The notes under the pieces are model-generated. The model was not told the DNA's origin and did not search any database. It saw only the letters and a program-made list of their open reading frames with translations. The translations under genes and the position numbers were made by a program. 64,000 nt of DNA, taken from Octopus bimaculoides. Its lineage: Eukaryota. Location: the NCBI RefSeq assembly GCF_001194135.2, contig NC_068982.1, positions 184,213,192-184,277,191 of the forward strand, read 5' to 3'. How positions within the stretch are numbered: the stretch's first letter is position 1; each line of letters begins with the position of its first letter. Below, piece after piece: positions 19,941 through 32,390 of this stretch.

Positions 19941-21720
19941 AACATTCATTGAAGGCACATTGATCGAAAGTACATTGACCGAAAGCACATTGATCGAAAG
20001 CACATTGCTCGAAACTACAATGCTGGAGGTCATCATGGTCGGAAAGCAAATTGGTCAAAAAATAAAAAAAGAAAAAGAAAAAAGAAAAAAGAAAAATAAC
20101 TATAACAAATTAATCGAAAACATAATTGCTAAAGAAAAGGCAGAATACTCATTGAAATTTTAATATTTTTCAAAGAGATAGGTATAAAAAAAACATATAT
20201 ATATATAAAAATAGTGCAATGATTTATTAATACTTGAATCGACTGTCAAAGTGCTTTAAAATTCTTGAATTTAGAAATCGATTATATATAAATCAGAATT
20301 AAGAGATCATATATAATCTACACGATTTGACGTCGGGTTAAAGAAGTTATTTATAATAACCATAAAATATGAACATTCATGTCACAAAATCATTGTCCTT
20401 TTGAAAGATATACTGGACGTTCAATAATTAATTGCGGTCCACTGCCTAAGTTTTTGTCGAGTACTAGTGGCTATTGAATTGTTCAGGTCGTGTGTCCATG
20501 ATAGAAATAGTTATTACAAGAACAATGCATTGACTTCATATAATGTGGGACAAAGTACTCTGTGTCAGTTACGTCCCTTTAGCTGCTTGTCTTGAGTATG
20601 CTTTGAATTGTATCCGGTAAATGGGACTCTGGTTTAAGAGATCCGGAATTTTGAAGAGTGTGGAACCACATGTGAGCCATTATTGTTCCCGAGTCTACTC
20701 TGACCCGGAGTTGTAGCACCTTTCAGAGTCCAACCGAGTCAGAGTATGTTGAAGTGATGGGATGTGAACTGTGGTGGATGTGAACTATTTCGGTTGATGA
20801 ACTTATTGAATCAATGGCGAATATCACTAGATGCTGAACGGATGAGCAGACAATAAACCGCCAACGACCAGGATCAACCAATTCAGTAAGCGAACTACTA
20901 CTATCATCTGTAGTCGTGGCGAGCGCAGATGGGATATTTTAGTTAGTGAAAGACCAATGTAAGTAAAACTTAGGTCAGACATTCATGCTTCATCGCTCGA
21001 TCGGGACGTCTGGCGTGGACAAGTTACATCGGTCCGAGTAAGTCACCCAACTGGATGATTTAGAGTCTATCTAACTCCGCCATAGGGAACTTCTCCATAC
21101 CCCTTGGGACCCTAAAATAAATAAATTGGATTCATCTAAACGATCATACTGCACCTAGAAAGTTTGTGGTTGTGTTCCTATTTCAGAAATCAGCATTATG
21201 GCTATTACCAGCGAAGAATATTCCAATATTTATTTTTCTTTATACACTATACGTAATAGTTACAAATAATGAATGAAAAAAAGTATTTAAAAAATGAATA
21301 AAAAGAATGAAAATATATTTAATTTCAAAGATAATTTGTTCTAATTTAAAAATTATAGTAATCTTTTTTTTTTTAAATTTAGCCGAGATTAAGTTTCAAT
21401 ATATTTTTATTTACTTTTTTGTTAAGTAATCTGAAAATTGTTTAAAATATATTCAATTTGAATTTGTTTAACTTGTTCTTGTTTAAAAATGTGCCGATAT
21501 TAAGTTTCAATGTATTTCTATATTTCTCTACGAATATCTCTTTCGATGTATTCTATGTCGATTAACACATTTTCGATCAATATGTTTTCCTATGAATATG
21601 TATTTCGACCAATTTGACTTTCTATGAATATGCCTCACGACTAATTTGCTTTTCAGTCAGAATCTATTCGACGGATATGTTTTTAAAGAATGTTTTAGCT
21701 GAATATACTGTATCACTTTC
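19941..21720. mobile_element. Degenerate foldback-type DNA element with inverted arrays of 15/16-bp subterminal repeats
   Basis: About 8 units like CACATTGATCGAAAG at 19941-20061, and inverted units such as TTTCGATCAATATGT (21571) and TTTCGACCAATTTG (21603) on the right; AT-rich interior. Confidence 0.5.
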
Positions 21721-22731
21721 GAAAACTTACTTGGAATTCTTTATTATTTTTTTTTTTTTGCCTGTTATTTATAGAATATTTCTTTGGAAGAAAAGAATCG
21801 ATTTTTCCCTCTTCGTTGTCAGTATATAGCAGATCGAACATAACATTATGAGTGACGTATATCTCCTCACAATTCGGCTTCCGTTATTAGTGAGTTGCGG
21901 GATCGAACCTGAAACTGAATGGTTGAAAAGCGACCTTCTTAATCAAACAGCGGTGCCTGAGCGCATCTATGTTTGTATATCTGTTTGATAGAAATTTGAT
22001 CGGTAGTCTCTAATCCACCCCTTCTTCATTCCACCCTCAATGAAAGAAAATCTTTTCAAAATCTGAAAGCTTTTCAGTAAAAAGGAAACGTCGCCTTATT
22101 TTAGTTAAATGATACGTAATATTGGGTAAAATGAGAAATTAATGATTTATTTTCTGAATATATGTTTTTTAAAAACTCTGAAATTATAACGTTAAATTTA
22201 ACACCAAACATATTCTGTAGAGTGGTACAGTTTTTAACTGCTTCCAGTACCCTGTTTTCTTTTTCGTTCTTTTCTCTCTTCCTTTCACCAGTCCTCTCTC
22301 TCTCTCTCTCTCTCTCTGCATGTCTGTGTCTGTATGTGAGTTGTGTAATATAAGAAAAGAAATTTACCCAGTATAACATATCAATTAACTAGAACAACGC
22401 AGCGGTTTCAATTTACCCAGAAACCTACAGCTTGCCAAAAGCATTCAGTTTTGTCGGATTTTTGAATTTCTGAGTGCCGCCTAAATGTATCACTAGAATA
22501 AAAGAAGAAAAAAAAGAGATTCTGATATTTAAAAAAAATATTAATTTAAAGATAAATCAAAGCATCTCATTACTTAGCAATATGAGTTTGAATTTATTGC
22601 AACTCTGAGGGCAGTGTCTTCGTTGATCTGAAAGTTTAAACTCGGCTTCTTTCACGTTACTAAAAATTATGTGCGTTTGCATGTATACATGCATACATGT
22701 CACCTGAAACACATTGCAGAGATATCTTCAG

Positions 22732-22855
22732 TTACTCTTTTACTCTTTTACTTGTTTCAGTCATTTGACTGCGGCCATGCTGGAGCAACGCCTTTAGTCG
22801 AGCAAATCGACCCCAGGACTTATTCTTTGTAAGCCTAGTACTTATTCTATCGGTC
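22732..22855 (-). mobile_element. SINE family C 3' tail (cut by gap)
   Basis: TTTACTCTTTTACTTGTTTCAGTCATTTGACTGCGGCCATGCTGG is the reverse complement of the tail at 40880-40930. Confidence 0.8.
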
Positions 22856-23504
22856 NNNNNNNNNNNNNNNNNNNNNNNNNNNNNNNNNNNNNNNNNNNNN
22901 NNNNNNNNNNNNNNNNNNNNNNNNNNNNNNNNNNNNNNNNNNNNNNNNNNNNNNNNNNNNNNNNNNNNNNNNNNNNNNNNNNNNNNNNNNNNNNNNNNNN
23001 NNNNNNNNNNNNNNNNNNNNNNNNNNNNNNNNNNNNNNNNNNNNNNNNNNNNNNNNNNNNNNNNNNNNNNNNNNNNNNNNNNNNNNNNNNNNNNNNNNNN
23101 NNNNNNNNNNNNNNNNNNNNNNNNNNNNNNNNNNNNNNNNNNNNNNNNNNNNNNNNNNNNNNNNNNNNNNNNNNNNNNNNNNNNNNNNNNNNNNNNNNNN
23201 NNNNNNNNNNNNNNNNNNNNNNNNNNNNNNNNNNNNNNNNNNNNNNNNNNNNNNNNNNNNNNNNNNNNNNNNNNNNNNNNNNNNNNNNNNNNNNNNNNNN
23301 NNNNNNNNNNNNNNNNNNNNNNNNNNNNNNNNNNNNNNNNNNNNNNNNNNNNNNNNNNNNNNNNNNNNNNNNNNNNNNNNNNNNNNNNNNNNNNNNNNNN
23401 NNNNNNNNNNNNNNNNNNNNNNNNNNNNNNNNNNNNNNNNNNNNNNNNNNNNNNNNNNNNNNNNNNNNNNNNNNNNNNNNNACACACACACACACACACA
23501 CACA

Positions 23505-23830
23505 TAAGTGGCGATAAACATGTTTATGACGATTACTTATGTCTCCGCTTTTCAGGAGCAGCTTGATGTATCGGTGAAAAGTCAATGGCGTAGGTGAGCA
23601 TAAAGATTCAAGTTGTAGCTGAGAAAAAGCTGACATGAGGGCCTGGAAGCCATCTGAATATTGGAAAAGAGTTACCCGTACCATTATGATTTGCGTCGGG
23701 TGTTAAAATGCCGACATCATGGCTGCTGCTATGAACACAGTAAAGGCTGTGAGACGTGATATGGACATCTTTGTAACGGAGACCACGAAGCTGTGGCCAG
23801 CAGGTAGGGACACAGGCGCTCCTCACATCT
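23505..23830 (+). mobile_element. maT (DD37D) transposon 5' fragment
   Basis: Homologous by eye to the reverse complement of 55100-55380 (GGAAAAGAGTTAC..GTACCAT.ATGATTTG...GAACAC.GTAAAG), covering the 5' UTR and N-terminal region. Confidence 0.7.
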
Positions 23831-23944
23831 TTGAACTCTAATTCAAATGGCTATGTGAAACTGTAGAAGACTGTGGTTAAACCCTGACTGAAGAGGGTTG
23901 CTGCTGGTGACACATATATGTATCATAGAAGGATTTGGCTCCGC

Positions 23945-24098
23945 TATACCTCCGGAAAGTTTCCGTTTACCAAATCCACTCACAAGGCTTTGATCGGCCC
24001 GAGGCTATAGTAGAAGACACTTGCCCAAGGTGTCACGCAGTGGGACTGAACCCGGAACCATGTGGTTGGTAAGCAAGCTACTTACCACACGGCCACTC
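23945..24098 (-). mobile_element. SINE family C tRNA-like head
   Basis: Reverse complement of GTGGCTGTGTGGTAAG...GGTTCCGGGTTCAGTCCCACTGCGTG...; matches 56352-56470. Confidence 0.8.
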
Positions 24099-24215
24099 CT
24101 TCGCCTATATATGAAATACATATATGAAATTTTGAACTTAGTTCACGGATCCCCAGTACTACCTTTGCGGACCATCAAGGGTCGGTGCCACAAGTTGGGA
24201 ACCACTGCTCTATGC

Positions 24216-24408
24216 CATCGGTTCCCAAACATTTTCAGACTGCTGCCCCCTTGGCACCCAAGCCACATTCCTAGCGCCTCCCTCACCACCACAAACGTAG
24301 ACCAATTTCCGCAGCAAATTTAATACTACCGTACTTCACAAATATATCTGAACCCAATTAACCCCCACCTAAGGGGTGGGGCAATATCGCTCACTTTTGG
24401 AACCAATG
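24216..24408. mobile_element. hAT/Charlie-like MITE (193 bp)
   Basis: TIRs CATCGGTTCCCAAAC and TTTTGGAACCAATG resemble the Charlie-type terminus CAGTGGTTCCCAAAC. Flanking 8-mers CTCTATGC/TGCTATAC look like a decayed TSD. Confidence 0.65.
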
Positions 24409-24719
24409 TGCTATACCTTTAACGCAATTCTTTCTTAGGCCCTCGGTTCTTTTTCCGCACTTCATCTTCTATAGTTAACCAGATCAACTCCTCTGTTCTT
24501 CTGTACTCTCTGATGAAGACCGAGTGTCTTGAAACATTAGGCTTTTCACTCCTCATTCTACACTTTCTTTTGTTACAGATTTTCTAACATCCGACAGTGT
24601 AACTTGAACCCTGCTCCCGTCGTTAATGAAGCATGTATTCCTGCCACAGAGGACCGTACATCTTTAGCAGCTCTGTACCTTCACAAAACAAATAACTTGT
24701 CACTCGTTACTACTACAGT

Positions 24720-24722
24720 TAT

Positions 24723-24780
<58 letters not shown>

Positions 24781-25012
24781 GTTGTTGTTGTTACTAGTAA
24801 AGCTACCAGCCCCACCGTTGCTGCAAACAGCACTACTTTCACCACTATCACTCCAAAGCAACAACAACCACCACCATCACCACTATCACCATCACCATCA
24901 CCACTAACAACAGCAATACTACCATCACCGCCACTACCAGCGCCAAAACCACCACCACCACCACCACCACCAGCAGCAGCTGTGGTGGTGGTGGTGGTGG
25001 TGGTGGTGACTG
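24720..25012. repeat. Compound (ACT)n/(ACC)n/(GGT)n low-complexity tract
   Basis: Direct reading; source of spurious poly-T/P/V ORFs. Confidence 0.9.
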
Positions 25013-25704
25013 TTGTTACTTTTGATGTTTTAAAGCAGACGGAGATGAAGGGAAGAACAAGATGGTAGGAGGAGGGAAAGACATGTAGAACAAGGATTAA
25101 AAGGAGGATGGGGAAGAGGAGGAGGAGGAGGAGGNNNNNNNNNNNNNNNNNNNNNNNNNNNNNNNNNNNNNNNNNNNNNNNNNNNNNNNNNNNNNNNNNN
25201 NNNNNNNNNNNNNNNNNNNNNNNNNNNGAGGGGAATATCTGTTCTCTTTTCCTTATCTTCTGAAACCCAATTAGTGTGGACATACACCAATGACCTCCGT
25301 TCAGCTCTGATAATCAACCAATCACCTTTCTTACGCACCACCAAGTAACCACTTGCTTAACACTTGCTAACAATTTGGCAAAACAACGGTATCGATGGAC
25401 TCCTACTCCCTAACTCTCACTCCACTTCCACCCATTCCAGCATCCCCGCCTATTTAAAATTCACTGTCTCCTCTGAACTTTGAAACTAAATCCCGTCAAA
25501 TGCATAACATTTTCACCCACCGTAGTTATGACCCGCCCATGACTTGGGTGTTAGGCTATGTGTATATGTATGCCAATGCGAACGATAATCTTTGTTAATA
25601 TTATTATTATTATCGTCATCGTCATCATCATCATCATCATCATCATTTTATCGTTCTACACCGTCCTCGATCTTTTTGTCAACCTTCGTAGCTTATAAAG
25701 AAAA

Positions 25705-25705
<1 letters not shown>

Positions 25706-25800
<95 letters not shown>

Positions 25801-25912
25801 CGCGTGCTTTCACTACACTACCGAGCGCAGCTCTGGGTGCCTTGGGTACATGCTGTGGTTTGTTATGATACTCTTATTATTATTATTACTATTATTATCA
25901 TTATTATTATTA

Positions 25913-25970
<58 letters not shown>

Positions 25971-26010
25971 GCTCTTATTTCATCATCGTCATCATCATCA
26001 TCATCATTAT
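25706..26010. repeat. (ATT)n arrays
   Basis: Direct reading. Confidence 0.95.
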
Positions 26011-27441
26011 TAAGGGAACCGGAAATTGTAACAGTATCCTTTTCCTTTCTTTATGCCCTTATGTTTGTCTACTTCTCTCCTCCTCTGTTTCTAACTCACA
26101 TTCTCTTCTTGCTTCTGTTTCTCACACTGTACGCCTGTAGTTATAAATAAATATTTATATTGTAATAAATATCGTACCAAGAGCTGCGCGTTAATGTTTC
26201 ATTAAATATTCGCATTTATAAAGCCCTTTCTACAATACGACACAGATGAAATAGGCTTATGTTTATGTTAAGAATTCCTTACTTTTCATATTCACCCATG
26301 CTTACTGTAACATTTTTGGAGATTTATTTGACCAAACATAGCGGCTCGTGAATAGAAAATGGATGTGAGCATGAACACAAATAATCCGCCACTTGAAATT
26401 TGTAATCTTGGTAAATTCAATATCTTTCGCATCACATTTGCGGATAAAACCTTCAGCCATTGTTCTATATTTACTGTGTCTGTTGATGCTACCACAATAT
26501 TTTTGTGGTTTTCTGAGTTCATCGCTGTTATGTCTTTTTTCACCGGGCTACATTCCCTAAGACTAATATAGAGGACGTCTGATACAATGCGGTGCTGTAT
26601 TCATATCCTGCAAACTTATAACGCTCTATTGCCCAATTCACTTAATTTGCAAATATCTACTACCAAGATTGCGTGACTGATGCAAAATGCTATATCACTG
26701 CATAATGAACAAGTGTATATTTATCTTGGAGCATCTTTTTCTGAATAAAACTTTTTAGTGCTTAGTTAGTGAAAGAAGGGCAACATTCAATGTCTTTTTC
26801 ACGGCCTCTGAGGCTGGTAGAAGGAAGCTATCCTCAAACCAAAGACCTCTCCTGTATGTTTGCAAGTGAAAAGATTATTTTTAAGGTGAGGAGGTGGTAT
26901 TAATCCAGGAGGGCGGAGAGATTAAGTTACGTACCAAAAAAAAAAAAAAAAAAATCAGGAGCGCTCCATCTGAGAATCTTTCAAACAGCTTCATTCTACG
27001 AAATTTCATTCACAAGTCTTTAGTTGACCGAAGATTATAGTAGAAGACACTTACCCAAAATTCCATATAGTGGGATTGGACCCTTAACCACGCAGTTGCA
27101 GGCCGAACATTTTAAATACATAACCATTTTGCAAAATCTTCAAGAATTGGTAAATTTTAGTAAACAATTAAAAGAAATTCTGAAATCAATGTCGACTATC
27201 AGTGTTAGATGCCTTTTTAGATTCCTCTTAGTTCAGTAATCCATGTCTTGAGTCACTTTCTATGATTTGTTACAGTTTCTGTTGTCAGTTAAGTTATTTC
27301 AGTGCAAAATGTAAACCCATACAGCTATCGCTAATACTATAATTACATTACTATTGCATCTACTAAACTACATTAGTTACAACGAAACTTTTATAATCAC
27401 CACAATATTTCTTTAGTCATTACGACTTTATTGGCCAACTA

Positions 27442-27487
<46 letters not shown>

Positions 27488-28655
27488 AAACACACTGTTA
27501 TAGTCACCGCTACACAACTGTAGCCAGAATTATATTTCCGTGTCAACTGAAGTCATTAAATGTGCTGAACTCTTTCCTAATTGCGTTCATTGTATGACCA
27601 CTTATTCCTCATAAAACGAAGAGTCAATCATCACGGTAGAAGTCGAAATTTTCAGAGCGGAATCTCTTCCGAAGTCTATGATGTACAATTTCATTAATTC
27701 ATAAACTTCAGAGCCAATAAATATATTTTATAAAGCAATGTTTTAAATTCTAAGTTGGTCACTTCTTTCCGTTGCAGAATATAATACTGAATAATTTGGT
27801 TTAATGTAGGTTTGGAATTTGTTATCTAGATTAAATGCTTAGATCAGAAAAAGTGAACTATTCTAAGGTTACATCTAACGATAATTTTTAGTTTCGATAT
27901 GTTAAATAGTTTAATTCGATTTTTCCTGACTTTATTTGTTGTCTGTTGATATTTTTGGAGTGCCATAAGCCATCATCTCTGTAAAGGCCATCATGAATCA
28001 AATTTAATTTAACGTTAAGCAAATTTAAACTGTATGGATGTAGGTGCTGGTTGGTTGGTTGGTTTCGGCGGATGGTAGTGGTGGCGGTGGTACTTTCAAT
28101 GGATGGTTGTGAATCTTTGCCGTTCGACTATAAAGGATAAGTTCTTCGATTGACAGAATTACCTGCTTCTCAATTGATGTGTAAGTAGTTGAGCATTCCG
28201 CAAATATGTGCCTACCCTTAATGTAGTTCTCAAAGCGTGTCAGTGTAACAAAACAGTGTACAATAATGTTATACATTTTGAATTACAAGTATAATCCACA
28301 CCTCAGGCTTCCATGCAGTTTCTATACACCCAATTTCACTCAAAAGATATAGGTCAACTCGCGGTTTTAGAAAACGGTATCTACCTAAGATGGAACGCAG
28401 TGGAATCGGATGTAGGATCTTATAGTTGCAAAGCGAACTTCCTAAATATTCGACCATACAGCCACCTTATCTTTAATTAAACTATATAAGCCAACTAAAT
28501 TTGAAAGCTACAAAGTTTCCTCTATTTACCATTTTACCAAAATGCTAGGTATAGCAGTTTACCAGTTACTTCTTGTTACTCATTATCTTCTCTCGGTGAA
28601 ATAGATTCTGTACACTGCACCCTTCTCTAATTAAAACTGATAAAGTAGAAGCAAT

Positions 28656-29051
28656 GTTGTTGTTGTTGTTGTTGGCACTCCGTCGCTTACGACGTCGAGG
28701 GTTCCAGTTGATACGATCAACGGAACAGCCTGCTCGTGAGATTAACGTGCAAGTGGCTGAGCACTCCACAAACACGTGTACCCTTAACGTAGTTTTCGGG
28801 GATATTCAACGTGACACAGTGTGACAAGGCTGACCCTTTGAATTACAGGCACAACAGAAACAGGAAGTAAGAGTGAGTGAAAGTTGTGGTGAAAGAGTAC
28901 AGCAAGGTTCGCCACCATCCCCTGCCGGAGCCTCGTGGAGGTTTAGGTGTTTTCGCTCAATAAACACTCACAACGCCCGGTCTGGGAATCGAAACCGCGA
29001 TCCTATGACCGTGAGTCCGCTGCCCTAACCACTGGGCCATTGCGCCTCCAC
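28656..29051 (-). mobile_element. Young full-length tRNA-derived SINE (family B) with TSD
   Basis: Head GTGGAGGCGCAATGGCCCAGTGGTTAGGGC...GGTTTCGATTCCC; 3' hairpin CGTCG-TAAG-CGACG and (CAA)n tail; TSD AAAGTAGAAGCAAT / AAAGTATAAGCAAT (28642-28655, 29052-29065). Confidence 0.9.
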
Positions 29052-29110
29052 AAAGTATAAGCAATAATGAAATCACAACAAACAAATATACCAAAAAATG
29101 CTGACATCAT

Positions 29111-29192
29111 CACCAATCCATTTCCTTAAACTCACTCATATCCCAGTCATTGACTCGGAAGTGACGTCATCGATGACGGTATTATATATAGA
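29111..29192 (+). promoter_or_regulatory. Orphan promoter-like cluster: CCAAT, ETS-CRE composite, half-CRE, TATA
   Basis: CCAAT at 29113-29117, CGGAAGTGACGTCA at 29156-29169, TGACG at 29174-29178, TATATATAG at 29183-29191. Confidence 0.35.
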
Positions 29193-29752
29193 CCCACGGC
29201 ATTACCAAATATACGACAGCGGTCAATTAGTCCTATGATTTTTTGTTTGTTTATAGTTCATAAACTCCAGCGACATCTGTCCGACATCTGTGAAGTTTAT
29301 CATCCCCACCCTACAGTTATCACTTCTAATATCACTTTTTCCTCTCCCCCTCATCTTCCCATTTATCACGACAGAAAAAAAGAAAAGAAAGAAACCCGGC
29401 CCTCTAACGACCATTGCACACCATCAATGCGACCATTACTCACACCACCATTACCACTAAGCAATAGCCATCATTTTAACTATCCCCACCAGTACGATAT
29501 GACAACATTACAACGACCAATCTCCGATAGATACCTTCACCACAAACCGCCGCCATCCCCCCCCACTATCACCATTATCAACACTAGCACCGTGACCAAC
29601 CACTGCAGCCACCACGGCCACTTGCAACACCATCACCACCATCATACCAACACCGTATCACAGCTACACTCCGATAAACACTAGCAGTAACGCCCTCCCA
29701 CGACCACCACCAAAGTCATGATCACCGAACCTGATCACCGCTATGCGAGTGA

Positions 29753-29969
29753 ACGGGGGTAGGATGAAAAGTTCCTGGCTTTGAATAAAAGAAAATACAG
29801 GAGGATCAGTTAATCGCGATTTTATTCAACATATTCCCCCTTCTCAGATTCGCACTTATCGCAGCGGTCCTTCAGTTTTTCTAAGTCTTGTAAAAGAACT
29901 CGGAAGGTTGGGCCTTCAAGCCGGGCCTTTCGTGACACCCTTACAGCCAGGAAGTTTTCAGTACCTCGT
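29753..29969. mobile_element. Mariner-like MITE (about 215 bp)
   Basis: TIRs ...GGATGAAAAGTTCCTGGCT (to 29780) and AGCCAGGAAGTTTTCAGTACCTCGT (29945-29969); no coding capacity. Confidence 0.7.
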
Positions 29970-30366
29970 CATAATCATTACTACCAACACCTGACTAACG
30001 TATGACAATCACCACCAACACCACCACCACCACCAACACCACCACCACCACCACCAACACNNNNNNNNNNNNNNNNNNNNNNNNNNNNNNNNNNNNNNNN
30101 NNNNNNNNNNNNNNNNNNNNNNNNNNNNNNNNNNNNNNNNNNNNNNNNNNNNNNNNNNNNNNNNNNNNNNNNNNNNNNNNNNNNNNNNNNNNNNNNNNNN
30201 NNNNNNNNNNNNNNNNNNNNNNNNNNNNNNNNNNNNNNNNNNNNNNNNNNNNNNNNNNNNNNNNNNNNNNNNNNNNNNNNNNNNNNNNNNNNNNNNNNNN
30301 NNNNNNNNNNNNNNNNNNNNNNNNNNNNNNNNNNNNNNNNNNNNNNNNNNNNNNNNNNNNNNNNNN

Positions 30367-30416
<50 letters not shown>

Positions 30417-30434
30417 AGTTACTACTACTACAGT

Positions 30435-30467
<33 letters not shown>

Positions 30468-30485
30468 AGTTACTACTACTACAGT

Positions 30486-30539
<54 letters not shown>

Positions 30540-30772
30540 GTACATGACCATCAAACTACCACCACTGTCTCCACCACCACCACCAGTATCAGGACTACAA
30601 ATAACATCACTACGAATAATGCCACTGTCACAACCAGCCAACATTAGATTCTACAACACCGGTAATACTAGCACCGCTGCTATTAACATACCACTAACAC
30701 CAACAACACTGCTTCTCGTACCACAACCACCACAGCCATTGCTTCTACCACCACCATCACTAATACTGCCAT

Positions 30773-30805
<33 letters not shown>

Positions 30806-30854
30806 TATTATTGCTACTACTACAACTATCACCTACACCACTACTACCACCACC

Positions 30855-30885
<31 letters not shown>

Positions 30886-31250
30886 ATACTACTACTACTA
30901 CTGCTACCACCATTACTACCACCATTACTATTACTACTACTACTACTATCACCACCACTACTACCACCACCACTACTACCACCACCACCACTACTACTAC
31001 TACCACCACCACTATCACCACCACTACTACCACCACCACTACTACCATCACCACTACTACCACCACCACTACTACCACCACCACTACTACCACCACCACT
31101 ATTACTACTACTAATACTACTACTACTACTGCTACCACCATTACTACCACCATTACTATTACTACTACTACAACTACTATCACTACTACTACTACTTACT
31201 ACTACTACTACTACTAATTCTAATACTACTACCTACACTATCAGGATTGC
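30367..31250. repeat. Long compound (ACT)/(ACC) trinucleotide tract between gaps
   Basis: Direct reading; underlies the 530-aa poly-L/P pseudo-ORF. Confidence 0.95.
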
Positions 31251-32194
31251 AANNNNNNNNNNNNNNNNNNNNNNNNNNNNNNNNNNNNNNNNNNNNNNNN
31301 NNNNNNNNNNNNNNNNNNNNNNNNNNNNNNNNNNNNNNNNNNNNNNNNNNNNNNNNNNNNNNNNNNNNNNNNNNNNNNNNNNNNNNNNNNNNNNNNNNNN
31401 NNNNNNNNNNNNNNNNNNNNNNNNNNNNNNNNNNNNNNNNNNNNNNNNNNNNNNNNNNNNNNNNNNNNNNNNNNNNNNNNNNNNNNNNNNNNNNNNNNNN
31501 NNNNNNNNNNNNNNNNNNNNNNNNNNNNNNNNNNNNNNNNNNNNNNNNNNNNNNNNNNNNNNNNNNNNNNNNNNNNNNNNNNNNNNNNNNNNNNNNNNNN
31601 NNNNNNNNNNNNNNNNNNNNNNNNNNNNNNNNNNNNNNNNNNNNNNNNNNNNNNNNNNNNNNNNNNNNNNNNNNNNNNNNNNNNNNNNNNNNNNNNNNNN
31701 NNNNNNNNNNNNNNNNNNNNNNNNNNNNNNNNNNNNNNNNNNNNNNNNNNNNNNNNNNNNNNNNNNNNNNNNNNNNNNNNNNNNNNNNNNNNNNNNNNNN
31801 NNNNNNNNNNNNNNNNNNNNNNNNNNNNNNNNNNNNNNNNNNNNNNNNNNNNNNNNNNNNNNNNNNNNNNNNNNNNNNNNNNNNNNNNNNNNNNNNNNNN
31901 NNNNNNNNNNNNNNNNNNNNNNNNNNNNNNNNNNNNNNNNNNNNNNNNNNNNNNNNNNNNNNNNNNNNNNNNNNNNNNNNNNNNNNNNNNNNNNNNNNNN
32001 NNNNNNNNNNNNNNNNNNNNNNNNNNNNNNNNNNNNNNNNNNNNNNNNNNNNNNNNNNNNNNNNNNNNNNNNNNNNNNNNNNNNNNNNNNNNNNNNNCAC
32101 CGCCGTCACCACCACCACCGCCACCACCAACAGTAACACTAACAATAATAATGCTACCAACACCACCGCTATCATTAATAAGAATACCTACAGG

Positions 32195-32390
32195 CCGGTG
32201 GGAGGGCCTTTATGTGATCGCTCCATCTGCTAGAAATAGTAACCCATTTTCTCGGATCTATTCCAACCTGGACTACCATTTAAAGAAATGAACACATTTG
32301 ATAATAAGTTACTTATGCTAAGTTAGAATTTAAAAAAACAAAACAAAAAAAAACGGGATGGTCACGGTTGGAATGCTTTTTAATCGTTGG
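32195..32390 (+). mobile_element. Dispersed repeat family E (…CTGCTAGAAATAG…CGGGATGGTCA.GG.TGGAATG…)
   Basis: Reverse-complement relatives at about 19265-19560, 38150-38300 and 58980-59200, two of them split by CA/TG arrays. Confidence 0.5.

Noticed and set aside
19941-20061. Regular short repeats as a possible CRISPR-like array
   Set aside because: Units are contiguous with no unique spacers, the context is eukaryotic and there are no cas genes.
19930-20163. 77-aa ORF with TLIES repeats
   Set aside because: Produced by the 15-bp subterminal repeat array and a poly-A tract of a putative transposon.
23532-23564. Minus-strand KLLLKSGDISN looked like a decayed 2A-like (LLLxGDVExNPGP) ribosome-skipping motif of a CR1/L2 element
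   Set aside because: The DNA aligns with the 5' UTR of the maT transposon at 55270-55380; the peptide is an antisense coincidence and lacks E and NPGP.
26292-26571. 83-aa and 70-aa ORFs that might be a host exon or piggyBac-like relic
   Set aside because: No motif I can support; only faint similarity across stop-interrupted frames, and no convincing splice context.
30544-32136. 530-aa Leu/Pro-rich ORF and similar long ORFs (poly-V, poly-T, HTHT, YIYI, CVCV, MYVC)
   Set aside because: Translations of microsatellites and N-runs with no domain content.
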